Assembly: GCA_964523545.1 (NCBI GenBank)
Contig: CAZFZM010000003.1
Location: 68,176-132,175, forward strand
DNA: 64,000 nucleotides
Source: an uncultured Thermotogae bacterium
Lineage (GTDB): Bacteria > Bipolaricaulota > Bipolaricaulia > UBA7950 > UBA9294
Reading direction: 5' to 3'
How positions within the stretch are numbered: position 1 is the first letter of the stretch; each line of letters opens with the position of its first letter. Positions 34,439 through 43,484 of this stretch are shown here, piece by piece. The notes beneath the pieces are model-generated. The model did not search any database and was not told the DNA's origin. It saw nothing but the letters and a program-made list of their open reading frames with translations. The position numbers were made by a program, and so were the translations under genes.

Positions 34439-36712
34439 GTGAAGGAGAAACCGACGACGCTGATCGGTGCGGGGGTCCTCCGTCCCGACGCCGTGGACAA
34501 AGTGCGGGGCGAAGCACGATTCGCCGACGATCTCGCCTTTTCCGGGATGCTCCACGGAGCCGTCGTTCGCAGCCCGCATCCGCACGCGAGGGTCCTCAGG
34601 ATCGATCCGTCGGGCGCGATCGACGATCCCGACGTCGTCTGCGTTGTCACCCACGAGGACGTTCCCGGCGCCAACGTCGTCCACGTCATCTACGACGACC
34701 AGCCGGCCCTCGCTTCGGACACCGTTCGCTACGTCGGTGAGCCGGTCGCTCTTGTCGCGGCGACGTCGCGCCGCGCGGCGAAGCTGGCGGTCGAGAAGGT
34801 GCGCGTCGAGTACGAGGGACTCCCGACTATCTCCGATCCAGTCGAGGCGCTCGAACCGGGATCGCCGGTGATCGTCGCCGATCCGGCGGCCGCCGAGGGC
34901 GGTGGGAACCTGTTCAACGGGATGGTTCTCCGGAAAGGGGACGTTGCCCGCGGCTTCGCCGAGGCGGACGTGATCGTCGAGGGCGTGTACGAGACCGGCT
35001 ATCAGGAGCACGCCTACATCGAGCCGCAGGGGGCGATCGCCGTTCCGGACGAGCTCGGATCGATCTCGATCTTCGCGTCGGCCCAGTGCCCGTTCTACAT
35101 CCAGAACGCCGTTGCCAAGGTGATGGGCCTCCCGCTGTCGAAGGTCCGCGTCGTCCAGACGGCGACCGGCGGTGCGTTCGGGGGGAAGGAGGACGTCCCA
35201 TCGCTCGTCTGCTCGCTCGCCGCGTTGATGGCCCACGCGGCGCGAAGGCCGGTGAAGCTGGTCCTCGACCGCGGTGAGGACGTCCTGACGACGAGCAAGA
35301 GGCACCCGTCCCGGGTCCGGTATCGGACCGGCGCGAAATCGGACGGGTCGCTGACCGCGATCGACGTCGACGTGATCCTGAACGCCGGGGCGTACCAGAC
35401 GCTCTCCTCGGCCGTCCTCTGGCGCAGCCTGTGCACGGCGGCCGGGCCGTATCGGATTCCGAACGTCGCGGTTGACGCGAAATCGGTCGCGACGAACACG
35501 GTGCCGAACGGGGCGTTCCGCGGCTTCGGCAGCCCGCAGGTCATCTTCCCGCATGAATCGCAGATGGACCTGCTCGCCGAGAAGCTGGGGCTCGACCGCG
35601 CGGAGATCAGAAGGCGGAACCTGCTTCGGCCGGGCGACGAGACGTCGACCGGCCAGGTCGTGGAGGAGTCCGTCGGCGTTCTCGAGACGCTCGACCGGGC
35701 GGTCGAGACGGCCGCGTGGGAGGAGCGCCTGGCGCGCGTCGAAGCGTTCAACGCGGAGCACGCCGATCGGCGCCGCGGCGTCGGCCTCTCGTGCGTGATC
35801 TACGGGGTCGGCCTCGGTGGGAAGGCCCCGTACCTCGACAAGGCCGGGGCGACGATGAAGCTCGAGGCCGACGGATCGATCACCGTGGCGGTCGGGACGG
35901 TCGAGATGGGGCAAGGGCTGGCGACGGTCATCCTCCAGCTGGCGGCCGAGGCGCTCGGCGTCCCGATCGAGCGGATCCACCTCGTGCCGGTCGATACGAG
36001 CCGGGTTCCCGACTCCGGTCCGACGGTCGCCTCGCGGGGGACGATGATGAGCGGCCTGGCGGTCCTCGACGCCGCCGGCAAGCTCCGCGAGCGGATCGAG
36101 TCGGTCGCGGAGGCAGAGGGGATTCCTCCGGACGAGATCTCGACGCGGCTGGACCGGATCGCGAACGCGTTCTGGCTCGGGAACCTCGATCCGGCGGTCG
36201 AGGGCTGGGCTCAGACGGAGCCGGTCAGCTGGGACCCGAAAACCGGGCTCGGCGACGCGTACCCGGTCTACGCGTACGCCACGCACGTCGCCGAAGTCGA
36301 GGTCGACACCGCGACCGGCGAGGCGCAGATCGTCGATTTCGTCGCCGTTCATGACTCGGGCCGCATCCTGAATCGACCCCTGGCGACCGGACAGGTCCAG
36401 GGCGGCGTCGCCCAGGGGATCGGCTTCGCGATGATGGAGGAGATCCCCCAGCGCGACGGACACCTGATCGTCAACGGGCTGACGACGTACCGGCTCCCAA
36501 CGGTCCGCGACGTCGCACCGCACACGGCGGTCGACTTCGTCGAGGCCGAGTTCCCGGCCGGACCGTTCGGGGCGAAGGGGATCGGCGAGGTTCCGCTGAT
36601 GGCCTCCCACGCCGCCGTCGCACGCGCGGTGGCGCACGCCACCGGTGCGACGGTCGATCGCTATCCGCTCGATCCGCCGCGCGTTCGCGCCCTCCTCACG
36701 GTGGGGGACTAG
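34439..36712 (+). CDS. molybdopterin-binding large subunit of a xanthine dehydrogenase/aldehyde oxidase-family hydroxylase
   Basis: GTG start. a/b-hammerhead region (RGEARFADDL...HAVVVRSPHPHARV), QEHAYIEPQ, TGGAFGGKED, and the C-terminus FGAKGIGEVP. Confidence 0.9.
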   Translation: MKEKPTTLIGAGVLRPDAVDKVRGEARFADDLAFSGMLHGAVVRSPHPHARVLRIDPSGAIDDPDVVCVVTHEDVPGANVVHVIYDDQPALASDTVRYVGEPVALVAATSRRAAKLAVEKVRVEYEGLPTISDPVEALEPGSPVIVADPAAAEGGGNLFNGMVLRKGDVARGFAEADVIVEGVYETGYQEHAYIEPQGAIAVPDELGSISIFASAQCPFYIQNAVAKVMGLPLSKVRVVQTATGGAFGGKEDVPSLVCSLAALMAHAARRPVKLVLDRGEDVLTTSKRHPSRVRYRTGAKSDGSLTAIDVDVILNAGAYQTLSSAVLWRSLCTAAGPYRIPNVAVDAKSVATNTVPNGAFRGFGSPQVIFPHESQMDLLAEKLGLDRAEIRRRNLLRPGDETSTGQVVEESVGVLETLDRAVETAAWEERLARVEAFNAEHADRRRGVGLSCVIYGVGLGGKAPYLDKAGATMKLEADGSITVAVGTVEMGQGLATVILQLAAEALGVPIERIHLVPVDTSRVPDSGPTVASRGTMMSGLAVLDAAGKLRERIESVAEAEGIPPDEISTRLDRIANAFWLGNLDPAVEGWAQTEPVSWDPKTGLGDAYPVYAYATHVAEVEVDTATGEAQIVDFVAVHDSGRILNRPLATGQVQGGVAQGIGFAMMEEIPQRDGHLIVNGLTTYRLPTVRDVAPHTAVDFVEAEFPAGPFGAKGIGEVPLMASHAAVARAVAHATGATVDRYPLDPPRVRALLTVGD

Positions 36713-36745
36713 CACGGATTGGTCGGGCTCGCGGAGTTCCCAAGC

Positions 36746-36773
36746 GAACAGGGAGGCAACGCCTCCCCTGTTC
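36746..36773. terminator. GC-rich hairpin between convergent genes
   Basis: GAACAGGGAGGC-AAC-GCCTCCCCTGTTC (12 bp with one bulge), extendable by CCAAG/CTTGG. It lies 34 nt after the hydroxylase stop. There is no clear U-tract. Confidence 0.45.
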
Positions 36774-36792
36774 CTTGGAAATCGAAACGCGA

Positions 36793-36816
36793 GCGGGGAG
36801 GCGAAAGCCTCCCCGC
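36793..36816. terminator. GC-rich GAAA-tetraloop hairpin between convergent genes
   Basis: GCGGGGAGGC-GAAA-GCCTCCCCGC (10 bp). On the minus strand it is followed by a moderately T-rich stretch (TCGCGTTTCGATTTCC). It lies 29 nt after the stop of the 36845-37522 gene. Confidence 0.5.
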
Positions 36817-36844
36817 GACGTTCTCCCCTTGGTGATCGGTCGAA

Positions 36845-37522
36845 CTAGAGACCGAGCAGCGCGAACAGCGCCGTGAAGTCGATGCCTCCCTCGAGCACGC
36901 CCTCGAGCGTGGTCACGCCGAGCATCCCGACGATGGTGTTGAAGAAGTTCTCGATCCCCTCCGCCGGCGACGCCATGATGATCGGCATCAGCGAGTCCTG
37001 GAGGTCCATCCCCAGGGACGCGGACAGCCCGGCGAGGTATTCGGCGTTGTCCATGAAGAACTGCTCGAACGCGGCGTTCAGCGCCGCGGGATCGTTCTCA
37101 CGCATGTAGACGATTCCAACCCCGAACAGGTATCCGAGTTTGTCGATCGTGGTGAAGTACGGACGTCCCACGGCCCGCTCGCCCGACAGCCAAACGGCAT
37201 ACGTCACAACGGCGGTGGCAGGTTGCCAATCGACCTGCAGCGTTCCGTTCTTGACGAGGTCACCGAAGAACGTGAACGCAGCCCCCGTCGTTCCCTCGAG
37301 CGGCGTCATCGCTCCGCCGAACGCGATCTGGTTGACGATCGTCACTTCCTGATCGAATTCGAGCAGGAGCCCGGTGACGTCCATCCCGCTCGTATTGTTG
37401 AACAGCCACACCGCGGTGTCGCCGGCGACGTACGCATCGAACCAGACGTCCTGCGACCACGCCGCGAACGACAGGATCGCCACCAGCCCCAACACCAGCC
37501 CTACGGACTTGCCTCGCATCAT
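36845..37522 (-). CDS. secreted hypothetical protein
   Basis: Signal peptide MMRGKSVGLVLGLVAILSFAAWS. No family was recognised. The C-terminus is hydrophobic (FTALFALLGL). Confidence 0.6.
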   Translation of the reverse strand: MMRGKSVGLVLGLVAILSFAAWSQDVWFDAYVAGDTAVWLFNNTSGMDVTGLLLEFDQEVTIVNQIAFGGAMTPLEGTTGAAFTFFGDLVKNGTLQVDWQPATAVVTYAVWLSGERAVGRPYFTTIDKLGYLFGVGIVYMRENDPAALNAAFEQFFMDNAEYLAGLSASLGMDLQDSLMPIIMASPAEGIENFFNTIVGMLGVTTLEGVLEGGIDFTALFALLGL

Positions 37523-37599
37523 GCCAGCCTCCTTGGCGAAGAGAATGAGTGCATTCTAGCCGGACGCGAGGAGCCAGGCAAAGCGTCGAACGCTGCTTC

Positions 37600-38268
37600 T
37601 CAGGCGCGGCGGCCGGAGAACGCCTCGGCCCAGCGGAGATCTTCCGGATGGGTGACCTTCAGGTTCGAGACCTCTCCGTCGACGGTGAAGACCGGCTCGC
37701 CCTCTGCGAGCGCTGCCGATGCGTCGTCGGTCACCGCCGGATCGGCCGCGTCGAGGCAGCGCAGGATCAGCGATCGTCGAAACCCTTGCGGTGTTTGCGC
37801 ACGGGCGATCGATGCGCGATCGACGACCTGTTGTAGGCGGTGCTCGGCGACGTCCCGACGGTACAGCGTTTCGGTCGGCGGGAGGACCGGGACGACGGCT
37901 CCGTGTCGCTCGGTCTCGTCGAGGACGCGGTCGATCAGCGCGGCGGTCACGAACGGTCGACAGCCGTCGTGGATGAGCACGATGTCGCCGGTCGCGGCCC
38001 GGATCCCGGCGAGCGAGGACTCCCGGCGCGTGGCGCCGCCGGCGACGAGGCGCACGTCACGACCGGGCAGGGTGAAGGCGTCTCGTGCCGCTTCGAGATT
38101 GTTCGGATGGACGACGACGATGATCTCGGCGATACGGGGGACGACGGAGAACGCCTCCACGGCGTGCACGAACAGCGGTCGCCCGGCGAGGTCGAGGAAC
38201 GCCTTGCGGGTGTCGGAGCGCATCCGTTCCCCGCGACCTGCGGCGAGGATCACCGCGCTCGCGGTCAT
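37600..38268 (-). CDS. ispD: 2-C-methyl-D-erythritol 4-phosphate cytidylyltransferase
   Basis: MTASAVILAAGRGERM...IHDGCRPF...AQTPQGF. ATGA overlap with the upstream lipoprotein gene. Confidence 0.92.
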   Translation of the reverse strand: MTASAVILAAGRGERMRSDTRKAFLDLAGRPLFVHAVEAFSVVPRIAEIIVVVHPNNLEAARDAFTLPGRDVRLVAGGATRRESSLAGIRAATGDIVLIHDGCRPFVTAALIDRVLDETERHGAVVPVLPPTETLYRRDVAEHRLQQVVDRASIARAQTPQGFRRSLILRCLDAADPAVTDDASAALAEGEPVFTVDGEVSNLKVTHPEDLRWAEAFSGRRA

Positions 38269-38765
38269 GAACCGGGCGTCTCGGTGACTTGGGTGATCTT
38301 CACCAGGGTCCTGTCGTCGGGATCGATCGCGTAGATCTCCCAAGCGTCGGACCGATTCGAGTTGAAGTAGACGCGACCGTCGATCCCCCAATCGGGGTTG
38401 ATGTCGTCCTTTTCGTGGGTCGTCATGCGCTCGACGGACAGATCGGCGAGGTTCAAGACGTAGATGTCGACGTTCTCGTTCCGGCTCGACGCGAACGCGA
38501 TCCGATCCCCGCCCGGCGACCACGCCGGCGACCAATCCGGGTCCTCGTTTCGGGTCAGCTGCTGCTCCGCGCCGGTCTCCAGGTCGCGAAGGAAAAGCTC
38601 GAGGCTGTCTTCGGTCGGAGACTCGTAGACGAGCGACCGGCCGTCCGGTGAGAGGGTCGGCTCCCAATGGGTGTAGTCCGGTTCGTTGCCTCCGAAGAAC
38701 GTGCACCCGGAGGCGAGGCCGAGCAGCACCAAGCCGACGAAGAAGACAAGAATACGGGCGTTCAT
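38265..38765 (-). CDS. TolB-like beta-propeller (PD40 repeat) lipoprotein
   Basis: ATG at 38765 follows AGGAGGGGG. Lipobox LGLASGC. Repeats are PTLSPDGRSLVY, PAWSPGGDRIAF and DWGIDGRVYF. Confidence 0.75.
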   Translation of the reverse strand: MNARILVFFVGLVLLGLASGCTFFGGNEPDYTHWEPTLSPDGRSLVYESPTEDSLELFLRDLETGAEQQLTRNEDPDWSPAWSPGGDRIAFASSRNENVDIYVLNLADLSVERMTTHEKDDINPDWGIDGRVYFNSNRSDAWEIYAIDPDDRTLVKITQVTETPGS

Positions 38766-38779
38766 GATCCCCCTCCTTT

Positions 38780-39859
38780 CTAGCGTTCCCAACGAGGCGT
38801 CTCCCCGGCCGGCTCGACGAAGAGCATCCTCCCTGCTTCGGTCTGAAGCGTGCTCTTGACCGTCGCCTTGATCGTGCGGCCGATGTGCCGGCGGCCGTTC
38901 TCGACGACGACCATCGTTCCGTCGTCGAGGTAGCCGATCCCCTGATTGATCTCCTCGCCCCGGTCGAGGATCTCGACCGAGATGTCCTCACCGGGGATGA
39001 ACCGCGGCTTGACGGCGTTGGCAAGTTCGTTCACGTTGAGGATCGGGACGCCCTCCACCTGGGCGACGCGGTTCAGGTTGAAGTCGGTCGTGACCAGTGT
39101 CGCGCGCTCGTCCTTCGCCAGCCGGATCAGCTTCCGGTCGACCTCGCGGATCGAGGGGTAGTCCTTGGCGAGGACGCGGATCGACACGCTCTCGTCCTGC
39201 ATCAGCTCGTTCAGGACGTCGAGGCCTCGCCTTCCCTTCCTTCGCCTCAGGCTGTTTGACGAGTCGGCGATGTTCTGAAGCTCGGCGAGGACGAACTCGG
39301 GGACGAGAACCTCCCCCTCGACGAACCCCGTCGAAAGGAGGCTCCCGATCCGGCCGTCGATGATGATGCTCGTGTCGAGGAGCTTCCCGCCCGCTCCCTT
39401 GTGCCTCCGGTTGCGCTGGCCGAGTTGCAGGCCCTCGCCGGCTCGCCAGATCGGTCTGTCGAACGAGAAGCCGATCCGCAGGCCGACGAGTGTGCTCCCG
39501 ATGAGAAGGAATCCTTGCGCGACGCGGACACCGCTTCCGGCAGGGAAGGCGATGCCGAGCGCGAAATGGAATACGATCCCGATCAGGGTCGCGCCGAGCC
39601 CGACGATGAAGCTGTTGACGAACCGGGTCTCCGCGTTTTCCTCGAACCAGATCGGGAACAGGCGTCTCCAGATCTGATGAAGGAGCGCCGCGAGCGCTCC
39701 TCCGGCGACGGCGCCGAGGACCAGACTCGTGACGAGCGATGGCAGGCCCAACAGGGGTGGGAAGAGGCGATACACCGCGGAAGCGGCTCCGCCGGCGACG
39801 ATCATGGAGGAGAAGAATAAAAGAGAAGAGACCACAATACCACACCTCCCCGAAGCCAC
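38780..39859 (-). CDS. PIN and TRAM domain membrane protein (YacL-like)
   Basis: N-terminal TM helices, a PIN core (KLLDTSIIIDGRI...LVTTDFNL) and a TRAM-like C-terminus. An alternative GTG start at 39835 follows GGAGGTG. The yacL-ispD linkage is known from Firmicutes. Confidence 0.85.
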   Translation of the reverse strand: MASGRCGIVVSSLLFFSSMIVAGGAASAVYRLFPPLLGLPSLVTSLVLGAVAGGALAALLHQIWRRLFPIWFEENAETRFVNSFIVGLGATLIGIVFHFALGIAFPAGSGVRVAQGFLLIGSTLVGLRIGFSFDRPIWRAGEGLQLGQRNRRHKGAGGKLLDTSIIIDGRIGSLLSTGFVEGEVLVPEFVLAELQNIADSSNSLRRRKGRRGLDVLNELMQDESVSIRVLAKDYPSIREVDRKLIRLAKDERATLVTTDFNLNRVAQVEGVPILNVNELANAVKPRFIPGEDISVEILDRGEEINQGIGYLDDGTMVVVENGRRHIGRTIKATVKSTLQTEAGRMLFVEPAGETPRWER

Positions 39860-39907
39860 CGAAGCGGCCGTTTTGCAGGCACCACTTCGCTTTCGTTAGG
39901 TTGCAGC

Positions 39908-39936
39908 ATTATACGAACCGCTTGTATTGGCAGCAA
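39908..39936 (-). promoter_or_regulatory. sigma70 promoter candidate for the yacL-like/ispD operon
   Basis: Minus strand: TTGCTG (complement of 39931-39936), 17 nt, TATAAT (complement of 39908-39913). Confidence 0.5.
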
Positions 39937-39959
39937 GATTTCGCTATTGTATTGGGCAA

Positions 39960-40856
39960 ATGAGGGCTGTCGGCCTTCGTGGGTGGGGGGGGACGACGCT
40001 GAGCACCGAGTGGACCATCCGCGAGGTCCTCAACTGGACTCGTGGCTATTTCGAGGCTGCTGGGATCGTTCAGCCGCGATTGGAAGCCGAGATCCTTCTC
40101 GCGCACGCCCTCGACGTCGAACGGCTCAACCTGTACATCTCGCCCGATCAACCGCTCACGGTCGACGAGCGAACGCGCTACCGAACGATCGTCAAGAAGC
40201 GTCGGGACGGGACCCCGTTGCAGCACCTGGTCGGCGAGGTCCAGTTCTTCGGACTCCGCTTCCGCATCAGTCGGGACGCGTTGATCCCGCGCCCGGAGAC
40301 CGAGGAGCTCCTCGATCACATCCTCAGGCTGGTTCCCCGCGATCGGGCCGTCGCGTGCCTCGATCTGGGTACGGGGACCGGCGTGATCGCGGTCTGCCTG
40401 GCGAGGTACTTCCCGCAAGCGGCGATCACTGCCGTCGACGTCTCGAAGGCCGCGCTCGAACTCGCGCGGGGGAACGCCGCGTTGAACGGCGTGGAGGATC
40501 GGATCACCTTCATCGAAAGCGACTGGTTCGACCGCGTGTCGGGCGGGTTCAATCTGATCGCGTCGAATCCTCCGTACGTCGACGAGACGCAGTGGGAGAA
40601 GCTCCCGAAAGAAGTGGGCGAACACGAACCTCGCGTCGCCCTCGATGGCGGTCCGGACGGCCTGCGAGAGATCGCCAGGCTGATCGAGGCCTTGCCGGGG
40701 CACATGAACGCGGACGGCTTGCTCTTCCTCGAGATCGGTCACGGACAGGACGTCGCGGTGATCGAGATGCTGAAGAAGCGAGGTCTGGTCGACGTTCACG
40801 CGGAGTCCGATCTGGCCGGGAAGAACCGCTACGCGGTGGCACGATGGCCGTCATGA
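39960..40856 (+). CDS. prmC: release factor glutamine N5-methyltransferase
   Basis: Internal ATG at 39960. LDLGTGTGVIAV (SAM motif) and IASNPPYV (NPPY). A TTGTAT-17-TATTGT promoter candidate at 39922-39950 ends 9 nt before this ATG. Confidence 0.9.
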   Translation: MRAVGLRGWGGTTLSTEWTIREVLNWTRGYFEAAGIVQPRLEAEILLAHALDVERLNLYISPDQPLTVDERTRYRTIVKKRRDGTPLQHLVGEVQFFGLRFRISRDALIPRPETEELLDHILRLVPRDRAVACLDLGTGTGVIAVCLARYFPQAAITAVDVSKAALELARGNAALNGVEDRITFIESDWFDRVSGGFNLIASNPPYVDETQWEKLPKEVGEHEPRVALDGGPDGLREIARLIEALPGHMNADGLLFLEIGHGQDVAVIEMLKKRGLVDVHAESDLAGKNRYAVARWPS

Positions 40857-41506
40857 TTCAGGTTTCCGAGCTGCACTTCTCGACCGAAGACGGAGTCAAG
40901 GTCCTCGAGGACATCCACCTCCACGTCGAGCAGGGGGAGTTGCTCTACATCGTCGGTCCCGCGTCGTCCGGGAAGTCGCTCCTTCTCGGCCTGCTCGGTG
41001 GCCAACTCCCGCCGCAACGCGGGCAGATCCTTGTGCACGGCAGGAACGTCGGCCGCCTGAGCCCGGAGAGGAGACTCGAGCTGCGGCAGCGGATCGGGTA
41101 TCTGCCTCAAGGGTTCGCGCCGCTCTCCAGGACGGTGCACGAGAACGTCCTGTTCAAGCTGCGGTCGCTCGGCAATTTCCGCGAGCAGGCCGAAGAGAAG
41201 GCGATCCTCGCCCTCGAAGCGACGGGATTGATCCGGCTGCAGGGCGTTGAGGCGACCGAGCTGTCGTCGCTCGATCGGGTTCGCCTCGGGCTGGCGCTGG
41301 CCGTCTGCGACGATCCCCTTCTCCTCCTGATCGACGAGCCGCTCGAAGGGCTGGACGCGAACGAATGCGCGGAGGCGTGCCTGTTGATCGACCGGCTGCA
41401 CACGGGTCACCTGACGGTCGTTGTGGCGACCCGAGGACCGCTTCCCGACGTGACGCGGGGGCAGCGGATCGTGCGCCTGGTCGACGGAGCGGTGAAAGAA
41501 TCATGA
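40844..41506 (+). CDS. ftsE: FtsE-like ABC ATPase with degenerate signature and H-loop
   Basis: Walker A GPASSGKS, Q-loop YLPQG, Walker B LLLIDEP. The signature is LSSLDR instead of LSGGQ, and the H-loop is VATRG, with no His. The start is ATG 40844 or 40853. Confidence 0.75.
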   Translation: MAVMIQVSELHFSTEDGVKVLEDIHLHVEQGELLYIVGPASSGKSLLLGLLGGQLPPQRGQILVHGRNVGRLSPERRLELRQRIGYLPQGFAPLSRTVHENVLFKLRSLGNFREQAEEKAILALEATGLIRLQGVEATELSSLDRVRLGLALAVCDDPLLLLIDEPLEGLDANECAEACLLIDRLHTGHLTVVVATRGPLPDVTRGQRIVRLVDGAVKES

Positions 41507-42354
41507 ACCCGTTCCTGTTTCTCTTCCGCGAGCTGCTCGGGTCGATTCGTGCGCGGAGCGCCCTTTTCTTCGCGCTGACCGGGCTTCTTCTGTTCGTCTT
41601 CCTCGCCGTGGTCGGGACGTTCTTCCTCGTGCCGCCTTCGACGCCGGCGGAAGCCGGTGAGGACGGCGCGCTGCCGATCGAGGAGATCCGGGTTCACCTG
41701 TCGCCCCGTCTCTCGTCGGCGACGGTCGATCGGATGTACCTCGAAATCCGCGAGCGGGAGGACGTCGGGCGCATCGTCTTCCGGTTCTCTCAGGAGCTCG
41801 ACCGCGACGCGTCCGGCGGCGTCTTCGTGATCAGCCCGGCGTCGCCCGACGTCGCACTGGGGCTCGTCGACGCGCTCCGATCGTCGAACGGAGTGACCGA
41901 GGTGATCGAGCGGCGGAGCCAGGGCGAGCCGGCTCGGTCCCCTCTTTCGACGGCGGCTCGGATCGGGCTGCTGTCGTCCCTCGTCGTGACGATCGCCCTC
42001 AGCCTCCTGTTCGCGCGGATCGGCTATCGCGAACTGCTGCACAGCTTCTCCGGGGAGATCCGATTGCTCCGCCTCTCCGGAATCTCGGAGAGGACGGTCA
42101 TCCCGCTCACTGTCGGACTCGGAATCGGGATCGGTTTCCTCGCCGGTCTTCTGCTTCTCGTGATCCTCTACGTACTGCACTACGTCGCCGTTTCCCAAGG
42201 AACGCCCCCCGCCATCTTTGCAGGGTTGACGAGCGGAGGGAGGATCCTCGGTGTCAGCCTGATCAGCCTCCTTCTCGGGCTGGTTCTCGGTGGGTTGATC
42301 GGGCTGTTCGGCGCCAGCCTTCTCGGCTCTCGCGAGTTTCGCCCGATCCCCTGA
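41503..42354 (+). CDS. ftsX: FtsX-like permease
   Basis: ATGA overlap with ftsE. One N-terminal TM helix, an FtsX-type extracytoplasmic domain (IRVHLSPRLSSATVDRMYLEIRERE...VGRIVF), and three C-terminal TM helices. Confidence 0.7.
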   Translation: MNPFLFLFRELLGSIRARSALFFALTGLLLFVFLAVVGTFFLVPPSTPAEAGEDGALPIEEIRVHLSPRLSSATVDRMYLEIREREDVGRIVFRFSQELDRDASGGVFVISPASPDVALGLVDALRSSNGVTEVIERRSQGEPARSPLSTAARIGLLSSLVVTIALSLLFARIGYRELLHSFSGEIRLLRLSGISERTVIPLTVGLGIGIGFLAGLLLLVILYVLHYVAVSQGTPPAIFAGLTSGGRILGVSLISLLLGLVLGGLIGLFGASLLGSREFRPIP

Positions 42355-42406
42355 GGAAGGCGCCTGACCAACCTGCCTCCGTTCCGTGTCTCTACGTCGG
42401 CACTTC

Positions 42407-43477
42407 CTAGGGTCGCTCCGAATCGGCGTCGCTCGGCACCACTGGGGGAGCGCGCCTCCGTCCGATTCGGGCGATCCCGCGTTGCGCCAGGTAATAGAGA
42501 CCGATCGCGACGAGGATCGATTCGGCGAACTTGAACATCAGCGAGAAGGCGACGGCGCCCTGCTTGGAGATCGACGGGGCGACGAGATGGAAGATGCCGA
42601 TGATCGCCGCCTCTCCCGTGCCGATCCCTCCCGGCGTGATCCACAGGAAGAACGAAAGGAGAATCACGGTGAGGGTGAACAGGAGGGACAGCTGCGGGAA
42701 CGTGAAGACCTGTCCGGACGAGAAGAAGAAGAAGACCTGCGGGCGCATATAGACGAAGAAGGTCGCCAACAGCTGCACCAGGAAGGCGAGCACCGTCCCT
42801 CTCCAGTGCACCGTGAACGCGTCGTGGATTTCGTCCTCGGTCTCGGACACCTTGTCCGCGGCGCGCCCGAGGCCCGTCCTCCAACGGCGGAAGAGGAGGC
42901 CGAGAAGACGGATGGCGCGGCTGATCCACTTGAGGTTCCAGGCAAAGTCGACGAGACCGACGAGGATCCAGAACGTGATGAAGCCGACGCCGGCGATGAG
43001 CAAACGCTTCTCCGCCCACGGGAGCGCGGGGGAGCTGATGGCGAAGAAGCTTCCTACGAGGATGAACAGGATCATGCTGAGGCCGCCGAGGAAGCGCTCG
43101 ATGAAGACCGTGGCGAAGACGCGCGTCGTCGGGGCGTCGGTCCGCCGGGTGACCATCAACGCTCGGACCGGCTCGCCGCCGAAGTAGAGCGTTGGCGTGA
43201 GATAGCTGATCGCGTAGCCGCTCAGACGGGCGCCGATGACGTGTGGCAGGGGGAGACGGATCCCGTACGAGCGGAGGATGATCCACCACGAGAGCGTCCA
43301 GGCGGCCATCGCGAGCAGGACGCTCCCCACGATACCGGTGATCCCTGCCGCGCCGAGGGCGCGCATCTCCGCGAAGATCCGGCGCCAGCCGACCCAGTAG
43401 AGGACCCCGCCGAGCAGGGCGAGGCCGATCGCGATCGAAAGGACGAACTTCCACCGGTTCCTCGGAGGGGGCTTCAT
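42407..43477 (-). CDS. UPF0104 / lysylphosphatidylglycerol-synthase-TM-region family membrane protein
   Basis: Polytopic protein. The N-terminus is KFVLSIAIGLALLGGVLYWVGWRRIFAEM, and LSGYAISYLTPTLYFGGEPVRALM is typical of the flippase-like family. Confidence 0.7.
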   Translation of the reverse strand: MKPPPRNRWKFVLSIAIGLALLGGVLYWVGWRRIFAEMRALGAAGITGIVGSVLLAMAAWTLSWWIILRSYGIRLPLPHVIGARLSGYAISYLTPTLYFGGEPVRALMVTRRTDAPTTRVFATVFIERFLGGLSMILFILVGSFFAISSPALPWAEKRLLIAGVGFITFWILVGLVDFAWNLKWISRAIRLLGLLFRRWRTGLGRAADKVSETEDEIHDAFTVHWRGTVLAFLVQLLATFFVYMRPQVFFFFSSGQVFTFPQLSLLFTLTVILLSFFLWITPGGIGTGEAAIIGIFHLVAPSISKQGAVAFSLMFKFAESILVAIGLYYLAQRGIARIGRRRAPPVVPSDADSERP

Positions 43478-43484
43478 TTCACGG

